In this document: in pieces, positions 55,555 to 64,000 of the stretch
Numbering within the stretch: position 1 is the stretch's first letter
How the letters are laid out: the number at the start of each line of letters is the position of its first letter
From: an uncultured virus (IMG/VR IMGVR_UViG_3300008255_000127)
Taxonomy: Duplodnaviria > Heunggongvirae > Uroviricota > Caudoviricetes
Direction: 5' to 3' (one strand)
DNA: 64,000 nucleotides
IMG/VR virus record: IMGVR_UViG_3300008255_000127
Made by a program: the position numbers and the translations under genes
The notes under the pieces: generated by a model
Told to the model about the DNA's origin: nothing
Database searches by the model: none
What the model saw: the letters and a program-made list of their open reading frames with translations, nothing else

Positions 55555-56974
55555 ATGTCCACATGGAACGCCCAGCTCACCGTCGGCGCCTCGGAGGGCG
55601 CCATCCAGTCCTACACGCTCGGTCAGGTCCGGTTCGTCGCCGGCGGCGATGTGCATCTCGTCGGCGACACCGACAAGGCCCGGCTCGCGGAGGTGGCCCA
55701 CCCCGACGGTGCGGCGGCCTTCACCTTCACCATGGTGTCCTCGACGGACGGCGTGGTGCCGCTCGACTACGAGGGGCCGGGGCTCGGCGAGGCCGACTCG
55801 AACCCGATGGTGGTGGACGTGCGCGGGCCTGCCCACGCATCTTCGACTCGAAGCTGGTGCTCCGAGCGGACGAGCCGCTCTACTGGCAGAACGAGATCAC
55901 CGCGGGCGGTCAGGTGCTGCTGCAGGCGGCGCGGTCCTCGGTCTTCCTGCGGGTCTCGGCGGCAGGCGACAAGGTCCACCGCCGGACGAGGCGCCGGCTG
56001 ATCTACCAGCCCTTGCGGTCGATGCTGCATGTGCTGACGGCGGTGCCTCGCGGCCTGGACGACAACGTCCGGTGGCGCATGGGGTACTTCGACCCCAACG
56101 ACGGGATCATCCTCGAGGGCCAGGGCGAGGATCTGCGGTGGGTGGAGCGCAGCAGCACGAGCGGGGTGCCGGTGGATCTGCCGGTGGACCGAGACGACTG
56201 GAACGTGGACCGCTTCGACGGCAGCGGCCCCAGCGGAATCAGGCTCACCCCGCAGACTTCGGTGCTCGGCTGGATCGACCTGCAGTGGCTGTCGATCGGG
56301 ACGGTGCGGGTCGGGCTCGACATCAACGGCCACCAGACCAGCACGAGGCCCACCGCTTCCACCACTCCAACATCACCGACGTCGCCTACATGGCGAACCC
56401 CAACCTCCACCTCGCCTACGAGCTGGAGGCGCTCGGGGTGCCGGCGGCGCCCTTCGACTTCGAGGTCATCTGCGCGGCGGCGGCGTCGGAGGGTGGCGAC
56501 GACCCGGTCGGGCTGTCCAGCCCGGTCAGCCGCTACCGCAGCTCTGTGCAAGTGACGGACGCCTACGCCGAGATCCTCGCCGTGCGGGTCAAGGACGCGG
56601 TCAAGGACCGGGTCATCTTCTCGCCGAAGAAGCTCGACATCCTCTCCTCGACGAAGGACGACGTCCTCTGGCTGGTGGTGCTCAACCCCACCGGGATGGC
56701 GGCGGGCGCCTGGGCCGACGTCGGCGGCGGGTCCTCGTTGGAGGTCAACAAGACGCGCGGGGCCTGGGGCGGCCCGGGCAACGAAGATCACATCATGGAG
56801 GCCGGCTACTTCTCCGACGACACCGACGCCCAGCTCTCGCAGATCGCCAGCCGGGTCCGGCCCGGGGTGAAGGCTGACGGCTCCGCGGACGTGATGGCGG
56901 TGATGGCGGTGAACGTCTCGGCGGCGAATGCCGAGCTGATCTTCGCCACCCTCCACTGCGACGAGTTCTTCTAG
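55555..56974 (+). CDS. Beta-sandwich putative virion protein, two frameshifts (near 55830 and 56335)
   Basis: AAGGAGG RBS. Motifs YQP.RS, RMGYFD.NDG, DWNVDRFDGSGPSG, WIDLQWL..G.VRVG, HRF.HSN and PNL continue across the frames. Confidence 0.65.
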
Positions 56975-57303
56975 AGGTTCCCGCGCAGGTCCTTGAGCAG
57001 CGGGTCGGCCGGGTCGGCGACGTCGGCGGCGGAGAGGTCGGCGGCGGCGCCGCGCAGCAGCCCGACGGCGCCCTGCTGGATGATGTGGACGGCGCGGTTG
57101 AGGTTGCGCTCGGCAGCCTGGGCCTCGAGCTTCTTGACGCGGGCGGCGTGGCGGGCGGCGGCCTTCTTGTCCTGCTCCTCATCGCCGGTGGGCTCGGGGG
57201 CCGAGACGTTGATGGGGGCCTCGTCCACGGTGACGCCGGCGCCGGCGGTGAAGATGGGCCGGCCGTCGAGGAAGACGGTCATCGAGAGGTTGCGGTCGGT
57301 CAT
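56971..57303 (-). CDS. Hypothetical protein
   Basis: Begins MTDRNLS with an AGGAG RBS. Confidence 0.55.
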   Translation of the reverse strand: MTDRNLSMTVFLDGRPIFTAGAGVTVDEAPINVSAPEPTGDEEQDKKAAARHAARVKKLEAQAAERNLNRAVHIIQQGAVGLLRGAAADLSAADVADPADPLLKDLRGNL

Positions 57304-58073
57304 CGGACGCTCCTGGCTTCGGGGGGCTGGCTGGGCCGGCCCTTCGGTGGCTGTGTTGCCCTGACCGTCTCGGCGAGCGAGCGGTGCAGGATGATGAGGG
57401 CTGAGAGTAGCGCGCCGAGGAACAGCGCGAGGATGAGAGATCCCCAGGCGACGACGGGCGGCGCGTCGAGCGCGACGAGGGTGCGCAGGCACTCGAGGCC
57501 CACGACGGTGCTGCCGGCGAGCGCGAGCGTCGGGGCCGAGCGCCAGGAGCCGAGGCGCGCCGACTGGATCAGCCAGCCGGCGGTGATGAGCAGCCCGAGG
57601 CTGGTGTGCAGCGCCATGCCGATGCCGTCGGCCCAGCGGCTCGCCTCCTCCACCCCCAGCACGTAGCCGGAGAGCGCGACGCCCGAGGTGGCGACGATGA
57701 TCGCGCCGATCCACCCGCGGACACGAGGACCCCTCTGCAGGAGGGCGCAGGCGGCGAGCAGCACGCAGGCGGCGGTGTTGATCGCCATGCGGCCGGGCTC
57801 GGGTCCTTGGTCGGCGGCGAAGAAGGTGCGGTCGATGCTGAGATCGACGCCGGAGAGGTACTGCAGCAGCGTGGCTCCCGAGGCGAAGGCGGCGACCCAG
57901 GCGGCGCCGCGCCACCAGCGCATCGCCACGCCCAGGGCCACGAAGCTGATCGCCGTCCACGGCTGCATCGCGGGCCAGCGATCGGAGAGGGTGGCTGCCA
58001 GGGGCCAGTCGAAGGTCCAGGCGGTGAGCACCAAGGCCCCGAGCGCCACCAGCACGGTGGCGGCGTGTTGCAT
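57300..58073 (-). CDS. Multi-pass membrane protein resembling the TM sensor region of histidine kinases/diguanylate cyclases
   Basis: About 7 hydrophobic segments with repeated MQPWTA, RMAINTA and MALHT motifs. No output domain. Confidence 0.6.
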   Translation of the reverse strand: MQHAATVLVALGALVLTAWTFDWPLAATLSDRWPAMQPWTAISFVALGVAMRWWRGAAWVAAFASGATLLQYLSGVDLSIDRTFFAADQGPEPGRMAINTAACVLLAACALLQRGPRVRGWIGAIIVATSGVALSGYVLGVEEASRWADGIGMALHTSLGLLITAGWLIQSARLGSWRSAPTLALAGSTVVGLECLRTLVALDAPPVVAWGSLILALFLGALLSALIILHRSLAETVRATQPPKGRPSQPPEARSVR

Positions 58074-58074
58074 C

Positions 58075-58493
58075 TCAGCCTTCCCCCTTCAGCCGCGCCA
58101 GCTCTGCCCGGAGCTTCGCCAGCTCTTCGGCCTCGCGCTTGTGCCGGTCCTCTTCGAGTTCACCGATGCGCTTGTCGTGGCCGTCGAGCCGGGCGTTGAT
58201 CATGGTCAGGGTCGTTCCGATGGTCTTGCCTACGCTGCCCACCCGCCACAGCGCCGCGATGACCGTGCCCGCCAAGCCGACGAGCGATATGACGATGCCC
58301 AGCTCTGCGCTCACTTCAACCTCCAGAGGGCGACAAAGCCTGCGACGGCGACCAGAGCGAGGCCGACGAGCAGGATGGTCTCCGGGGTGGAGGATAGCCT
58401 GTCGTCCCCCACCACGACGACCCCGCAAGCGATGAGCGCTGTGAGCACCCAGGGCCAACGGGGTCCCCTTCCCTTTGTGTCACAGCCGGCCAT
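58075..58493 (-). CDS. Two small membrane proteins, holin/XhlA-like candidates (58075-58314, 58311-58493)
   Basis: One has a single TM segment plus coiled coil. The other has two TM segments in 60 aa. Confidence 0.45.
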
Positions 58494-58511
58494 CGCGGGT
58501 CACCTCCTACA

Positions 58512-59346
58512 TCAGACTCGGCACTCGCACTCGCCGTCGCCCCACACGATCCGGCGGGCGCAATGGCTGGTGTGCCCGGCGGCCTCCAGCCCGGCGATGC
58601 GCTCGCCGTCGCCGCGCAGCGCGACCTGGGCGCGCCGGAAGTCGTGGGGCCAGACCTGGGCGGCCCCCTGGTTGAAGCTGATCAGGGCGCCGGCGCCGCG
58701 GTCGAGGATCGCCGGACCGCCAGGGCGGCTCGCCGCGTCGGTGGCGTCGGCGTAGGCGGCGAAGGGCTCGAGCGCAGCACGCAGCTCCTCGTGCTGCTCG
58801 ACGAAGACCCGCTTCGCCTCGGCCTCGGCGTCCAGGCAGGCGGCGATCGCCGTCGGCAGCTCGTGGTCCTCGAGCCCGTGCTTCGGCCCGAGGCCCACCC
58901 GGTCGTCGAGGGTGCTGAAGGCGGCGACCAGATCGCGCAGGTCCTTGATCTCGTCGAGCAGGGCGAGCGCCGGGATCTCCTCCAGATCTCCCCCCTCGCG
59001 CAGCCAGTGGCTCAGCTCGTCGAGCGGGACCGGCGGAGGCTTCCCCTCCCCGTCCTCGAGGGTCTCGTCGATGGCGGCGAACCAGTCGGCGACGGGGTCA
59101 GCGACGAAGCCGGCCACGCGGTCGCCGGGCACCACCGGGACGCCCGACGGACAGCCCGGCGAGCTGCCCGCCGGCGACGAGCTTCCAGGCTTCCGGGTCG
59201 TCGACCCGCATGCGGATGTGCATCCGACCATCGACCGTGGTCGTCTCGAGGATCTCGCCGATGCGCTCGCCGTCGAGGCGAACGGCGGTGCCGGGCTCGG
59301 GCTCGGGGCCGGCGCAGTCGGCGGTCAGGATCTTGGGCTCGCTCAT
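58512..59346 (-). CDS. Hypothetical protein with N-terminal XkdF-like motif, probable frameshift near 59140
   Basis: RVDDPEAWKLVAGGQLAGLSVG, then continuation in another frame. Confidence 0.4.
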
Positions 59347-60003
59347 GGGTCCGTCCTCTTTCGGCAGCACCCTCGGATGGTGCCGGTCGTCTCGATGGGC
59401 ACGCCCGCCACCTCGATCGGCCGGTGGCAGCGGGCGCAGGTGTGCGTCGGCAGGGTCACGAGGCCGTCGGCCTCGGTCGCCTCCCGAGCCAGGAAGACGT
59501 GGCTGTAGTCGCAGGCGGGGCAGAACAGCCGCCAGCCGGCGAGCGCACGGTGCGGGGCGCGCGGGATGCGGATCAGGTCATCGCCCGTCGCGTTCACCGC
59601 TCCCCCAGCTCCAGCACCAGCCCGAGGGCGGCGCCGGCGAAGGCGTAGACCACGACGGCCGGGGCGACCTGGGTGATCCCCCAGGTGACCCAGCCCGCGT
59701 GGAAGCCGGTGCAGTAGGAGCAGGCGAAGAGCGAGCCGAGCCACCGCCAGCCCGTCAGCCGGAGCAGGGCCGGGCCGGCGATCTCGCGCAGCCCGTAGAG
59801 CACCCCGACGATCGCGAGTAGGTGGACGACGATCACCCCGCCTCCTTCCCGCAGCGGACGCAGCGCTCGGCGAGGCGCTCGTCGTCCTTCGGGGTCCGGC
59901 CCGCCGGCTGCTGGACCAGCGCGCCGTCGAGCTTCTCGATCCGCCAGTGGAAGTCGCAGAGCCCTCCGCGGCGGCAGGGCTCGAGAGGGTGCATCGGCAT
60001 CAT
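59343..60003 (-). CDS. Three small genes: zinc-ribbon protein, DUF1360-like membrane protein (59594-59836), Cys-rich protein
   Basis: CPAC/CARC in the first, LFACSYCTGFH.GW in the second, C.RC in the third. Confidence 0.55.
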
Positions 60004-60644
60004 CGGCACCCCTCCTCCCACTCCCCGTCGCAGTCGTTGTCGAGCCCGTCGTCGCAGATCTCCGGGGTGGGCCTCGGAGGGTCCGGGGCGTCGCAGACGA
60101 GCTGCCCGCGCTCGTTGCAGTAGTCCCAGCCCTGGCGCTGGCAGCCGCCGGTCCCCCGGAAGCAGAGCGTCCCGCCGGTGTCCTCGTCGATCTCCCCGTC
60201 GCAGTCGTCGTCGATGCCGTTGCAGCGCTCGCGCCGCGGGCGGCAGTCGGGGCCGGGCTCCGCGTCCGGCTCGGCGTCGGGCGGCTCCGCGTCCGGCCAG
60301 TCCTCCCATTCGACGTCGGGGGCCGCGTCCAGCTCGGGCGCCGGGGCCGCATCGATCTCGAGCGGGGCCGCGTCGGGCTCGGCGGCGTCGGGCTCCAGCC
60401 ATGGCTCGGCGTCGGGCGGCGGCCCGAGGTCCTCGGGCGGCGCGGCGTCGGGGGGCTGGGCGTCGGGCTCGGCGCCGGGGCCGTCGGCCTTCGGCGTCGG
60501 TGCCCAGGGGTCGCCGTCGATCTCCCCGGCCCTCGAGTCGTCGCAGTCGTTGTCGCAGGCGGGGGTCGGCGGCGGGGCCGCGGGCGCCAGGGTGTCCTCG
60601 GCGCAGCCGGCCAGGATCAGGAGCAGCAGGGTCAAGCGGTGCAT
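60000..60644 (-). CDS. Lipoprotein with PDA(A/E)P repeats and myxobacterial-type cysteine-rich (MopE-like) repeats
   Basis: Lipobox LILAGC. Repeats ERCNGIDDDCDGEIDE and EICDDGLDNDCDGE. Confidence 0.85.
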   Translation of the reverse strand: MHRLTLLLLILAGCAEDTLAPAAPPPTPACDNDCDDSRAGEIDGDPWAPTPKADGPGAEPDAQPPDAAPPEDLGPPPDAEPWLEPDAAEPDAAPLEIDAAPAPELDAAPDVEWEDWPDAEPPDAEPDAEPGPDCRPRRERCNGIDDDCDGEIDEDTGGTLCFRGTGGCQRQGWDYCNERGQLVCDAPDPPRPTPEICDDGLDNDCDGEWEEGCR

Positions 60645-60713
60645 GGGTCCTCCTTCGGTCCTCTCCATGAGCCATCGCCTCGCCGGCGATAGCCAGCCTG
60701 TCTCAGATGACGA

Positions 60714-61214
60714 TCACCCCTCGTCGATCTCGACCTCGTAGAGCACCCGGGCCTGGGTGACGTCGGGCGCCAGCCGGGTCTCCATCTCCACCCCCTCGGG
60801 CAGCACGATGATCGGGGCGCGCTGCCCGGGGCCGTCGAGGAAGTCGCGCACCACCTTCTCCAGCTCCGGGGCCAGCTCGGCGCCGGCCCTGACCGTGACC
60901 ATCGGCGGCAGGCAGGCCCGGACCGCGCAGTCCTTCATCTCGAGCACGAGCAGCCAGAAGGCGTCGTCGGCGACGTGCTTGCGGTCGAGGATGCGCTCGG
61001 CGTCCCCCACCTTCCCCATCGCGAAGGTGAGCTGCTGCTCGTCGAGCACCCGGCCGTCGGCGGCGAGGTCTTGGAGGTGGTCGAAGATCCTCTCGAGGAT
61101 CATCCTGGGGTGATCGTCGGAGAGGGCGGCCACGCAGATGGGCTCGCTGATCTCGCGCAACGGCGGCGGCAGGTGCTCGAAGGCGAAGTAGCGGTGGATG
61201 GTCGAGTCGCTCAC
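60714..61214 (-). CDS. Conserved phage helical-hairpin protein, possibly Acb2/Tad1-related
   Basis: Motif RYFAFEHLPPPLREISEP…LEMKDCAVRA. Confidence 0.5.
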   Translation of the reverse strand: MSDSTIHRYFAFEHLPPPLREISEPICVAALSDDHPRMILERIFDHLQDLAADGRVLDEQQLTFAMGKVGDAERILDRKHVADDAFWLLVLEMKDCAVRACLPPMVTVRAGAELAPELEKVVRDFLDGPGQRAPIIVLPEGVEMETRLAPDVTQARVLYEVEIDEG

Positions 61215-63214
61215 AGGTCATCGCTCCAGGGGTCGTCGTCCTCGTCGCCGTCTTCGACGACGCCCAGGCGGCGCAGGGCGACCTGGGGATCGACGGGCCG
61301 GCCGGCGGCGAGGCTCTCGGTGGTTGCGCCAACCGGGATCGGCTCGCGCTCGTCGGTGGGGGTGACGTCGATCACCCCGCTGTCGTCCTCCTCCACCAGC
61401 CCGATGGCGGCGGCGGCGGTCACGCGCCGGCGGGCGGCCACCTTCTTGTGGCGCTCGCGCAGGCCCTCGATGGTCAGGGTCAGCTTCACCTCGTCCCGGC
61501 CGCCGTCCCCGTTGGCGGCGGCCCCGAGCTTCTGCGCCAGCTCCACCCCCTGCTTCACGTCGTTGATCGAGTCGACCCGGATGTGGTTCGGCGCGGTGCG
61601 CGGGGCCATGAGCCCTTCGAGGTAGCGGTCGGCGAGCAGGTGCGCGATGCGGTCGACCTTCTCGTGGAGGGCGGCCCGGTCGGCGGCCCGCTCGTGGATG
61701 ACGTGCTGCGCCACGATGGCGTCCTCCTCCTGCTTCACCTCGGCGCGCCGGCGCTCGATGTCGTGCTTCTTGACGTACTGCTGGACGGTGCTCTTGGCGC
61801 AGCCGTAGCGCCGGGCGATCTCCTTGACGCCGGGGTAGCGGAACCGGCGGGCGCCGGCCTCGTCCACGTACTCCTCGCCGTAGACCAGCAGGTCGTGGAC
61901 CTCGGTCCACGGGATCACCGGGTCGCTCTTGCGCGGGCGGCCCGGGCCTCGCTTCCGCGGGTCCTCCGGCGCGGCCTGCGCGCTCTCGATGATGTCGCGC
62001 GGGGTCAGCCCGGGCGGCAGGTCCTCGGGGTTGATCTTCATCTCGGTGCAGGCGGCCAGGAAGATCTCGCGCTCGCGGTCGTCGAGCGGCGCGTCCGGGT
62101 CGACCTTCACCGCCGGCGGGGTCCGGCGGGTCGTCCGCTCGAACAGCCGGCGCGCCGTCTGGACCTGCAGGGTGCTCGGCGGCGGCGGCGGGTCCTCGCT
62201 GGGCAGCTCGTCGAGCAGCTCGTCGGCGAGGTCGGCCAGCCCCTCGTCCCCCCGGCGCACCCGGATGATGTCGAGCTGACCCTGGTTGGCGAAGTTGCAG
62301 CCGCCGGTCACCACGAAGGTCTCGCGCTCGCCGCGGACCACGAGGATCTTGGCGTGGCTCGGGCTCCACCGCAGGTGCGTCGGGATCAACCCCATCGCCG
62401 CGTGGTAGCCGTCGGCGTTCGAGGCCCGCCGGCCGAAGAGGCTGGGCAGCGCCACGTCCAGCCGGGTCACCCGGCCGTCGACCAGGGCGGCCCCGAGCAC
62501 ATGCACGTCTCCCCGGCCGAGCCTCCACGTCGAGGCGCGGACCGTGCAGACGCCGGCCAGATCGAGCAGCCCGTCGAGCAGCTCGCCCACCCCGGCCCGC
62601 TCGACGATCACGATCTGGTCGGGGTCCATGCTGGCGAGCTGGTGGACCGGCATCGCCCGGCTCGGCCGGTAGACCACCAGCCCCGGTCGCTCGAGCTGGT
62701 CGAGCGCCTCGCCGAGCCCCTGGTAGGCGGCGGCCCCATGGGGGTTGGCGCAGCCCGGTGGCACCCGATCGAAGACCGCGCCGAACACCTCCTCGAGGAT
62801 CGGCCCGAGGTCGTCGGTGGTCTCGTACTGCTCGGGCCGGTTGTTCCGGTTGAGGTTGGCCGAGGTCACGAAGGCGTGCTCACCATCGGCGCCGGCGATC
62901 CGGCCGGCCTTCGCGTGGACCCGGATGCAGCGCACGGCCTCGGCGCCGACCGCGTCCTCGATGTCATGGGCGTTCGACCGCTGCCCGTCCTTCGCGCGGC
63001 TCCTGATCTTCAGCGTGCCGGCGTCAAGGATCAGGCGCAGCTCGCCGATCACCCCGGTGCGCTTCGCCTCGGCCAGCCGGCGCACGTCCTTGACGCCGGC
63101 GGCGGTCACCATCAGGTCCACGTCGGCCGGCGCGCCCACCTCGTCGATGCGCTGCAGGATGTAGTCGGCGAGGTCGAGGTCCCCGCTCGTGATCCAGAGC
63201 CGCTCGTCAGCCAC
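61211..63214 (-). CDS. Tandem phospholipase-D-like domains fused to AT-hook and HTH (terminase small subunit-like C-terminus)
   Basis: VHAK…TSANLNRN and SHAK…GGCNF, then KRGPGRPRK and GVKEIARRYGCAKSTVQQY, then helical and coiled-coil segments. Confidence 0.7.
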   Translation of the reverse strand: MADERLWITSGDLDLADYILQRIDEVGAPADVDLMVTAAGVKDVRRLAEAKRTGVIGELRLILDAGTLKIRSRAKDGQRSNAHDIEDAVGAEAVRCIRVHAKAGRIAGADGEHAFVTSANLNRNNRPEQYETTDDLGPILEEVFGAVFDRVPPGCANPHGAAAYQGLGEALDQLERPGLVVYRPSRAMPVHQLASMDPDQIVIVERAGVGELLDGLLDLAGVCTVRASTWRLGRGDVHVLGAALVDGRVTRLDVALPSLFGRRASNADGYHAAMGLIPTHLRWSPSHAKILVVRGERETFVVTGGCNFANQGQLDIIRVRRGDEGLADLADELLDELPSEDPPPPPSTLQVQTARRLFERTTRRTPPAVKVDPDAPLDDREREIFLAACTEMKINPEDLPPGLTPRDIIESAQAAPEDPRKRGPGRPRKSDPVIPWTEVHDLLVYGEEYVDEAGARRFRYPGVKEIARRYGCAKSTVQQYVKKHDIERRRAEVKQEEDAIVAQHVIHERAADRAALHEKVDRIAHLLADRYLEGLMAPRTAPNHIRVDSINDVKQGVELAQKLGAAANGDGGRDEVKLTLTIEGLRERHKKVAARRRVTAAAAIGLVEEDDSGVIDVTPTDEREPIPVGATTESLAAGRPVDPQVALRRLGVVEDGDEDDDPWSDDL

Positions 63215-63336
63215 GGCTCACCTCCTTCCCGATCGGGCGGAGGCTTCGAAGCGGCGCACCGGGCTCGGCCTCCCCCGCGTTGGCTCCCCACGGGGCGCCG
63301 GACCCGGGCGCCGTCGGCATCGTAGCAGGGCGGTGC

Positions 63337-64000
63337 TCAGGCCGCATCGATCTCGCCCTCCGCCTCGTCCTGCTCGACCTTCGTCAGCGTCGCGCGGGTC
63401 AGCACCGTCTTCTTGCAGCCCTTGTACTCGTCGAGCTTCTTGATGGTGCCGACCACCTCGACCCGGTCGCCCATCTCGATCTCGTGCTCGCCGCTGGCGA
63501 ACCAGCTCAGGCGGGCGCCGTCGTCGCGGGCCATCTTGATCATCGTGGTCATCCCGAAGTCGCCGTCCCAGGTGCGGACCGCGATCACCGTCGCCTCGAA
63601 GCCGGGCAGCAGGCTCGCGCCCTTCTTCTTCGCCGAGGCGGTCAGCTTCTTGCGCCCGATCTGGTCGCCGGGCTGGCCGATCCAGACCGAGGTCTTGGCG
63701 AGGCGCTCGCGCTCGCGCCGGGCGATCTCCTTCTCGATCACCCGGGCGTGCGCCGCGATGACGCTCGCCGCGATCCCCAGGGTCCGGGGCGTCGCGTAGC
63801 TCAGCGTGCAGGCGACCCGCAGGTTGCTCAGGTACTCGCTGGGGGCGTCGGCCGGGATCTCCCGCGCCCAGGCGATCGCCGCGCGCGCCGTCTCGAGGTC
63901 GGCCTCGGGCACCCCGCTCTTGAGCGCCTCGTAGACCTCGGGGTACTCGCGGCGCAGGGCCTCGTGCGTCTTGGGATTCCATGCGAACATGATCGCCTGC
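63337..64000 (-). CDS. Phage protein with C-terminal OB-fold-like domain (5' end probably outside window)
   Basis: Motif SVWIG.PG…FG…W.AS…GTIKK..EY.G.K.TVLTR. Confidence 0.6.
   Translation of the reverse strand, partial: QAIMFAWNPKTHEALRREYPEVYEALKSGVPEADLETARAAIAWAREIPADAPSEYLSNLRVACTLSYATPRTLGIAASVIAAHARVIEKEIARRERERLAKTSVWIGQPGDQIGRKKLTASAKKKGASLLPGFEATVIAVRTWDGDFGMTTMIKMARDDGARLSWFASGEHEIEMGDRVEVVGTIKKLDEYKGCKKTVLTRATLTKVEQDEAEGEIDAA

Noticed and set aside
1..64000. tRNA, rRNA, IS elements, att sites
   Set aside because: None was recognised by eye. tRNAscan/ISEScan and flanking sequence would be needed to exclude them.

Overview
This is a very GC-rich (roughly 70% or more, judged by eye) 64-kb segment of a contractile-tailed (myovirus-type) phage or prophage. 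No host chromosomal genes, rRNA, tRNA or CRISPR array were recognised. Bases 1-25,379 form a tightly coupled minus-strand morphogenesis operon. In transcription order it encodes terminase large subunit, portal, MuF, a prohead-protease fusion, scaffold, major capsid, neck, sheath, tube, a chaperone with a -1 slippery site, tape measure and baseplate. Bases 25.4-64 kb form an accessory, early and lysis region. It includes a tyrosine recombinase, two more DNA methyltransferases, a DEDDh exonuclease, an HD hydrolase, a TGT-like protein, an endolysin and many small ORFs. A cysteine-rich lipoprotein and an MXAN_4361-like RHH motif point to a Myxococcota-like host (inference). Four features stand out. 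(1) The XkdF-type prohead protease is fused to a Dam-like methyltransferase and a 2H phosphoesterase, a candidate capsid-packaged anti-defence polyprotein. (2) Twelve dispersed 29-bp sigma70-like promoters each have a 17-bp spacer filled by the palindrome CCGGAC-N5-GTCCGG, many followed by a conserved hairpin leader. (3) A tandem PLD domain is fused to an AT-hook/HTH terminase-small-like protein. (4) There is a possible base-modification set and an Acb2/Tad1-like protein. Several single-base frameshifts look like long-read assembly errors. All family assignments come from motif recognition by eye, not database searches.
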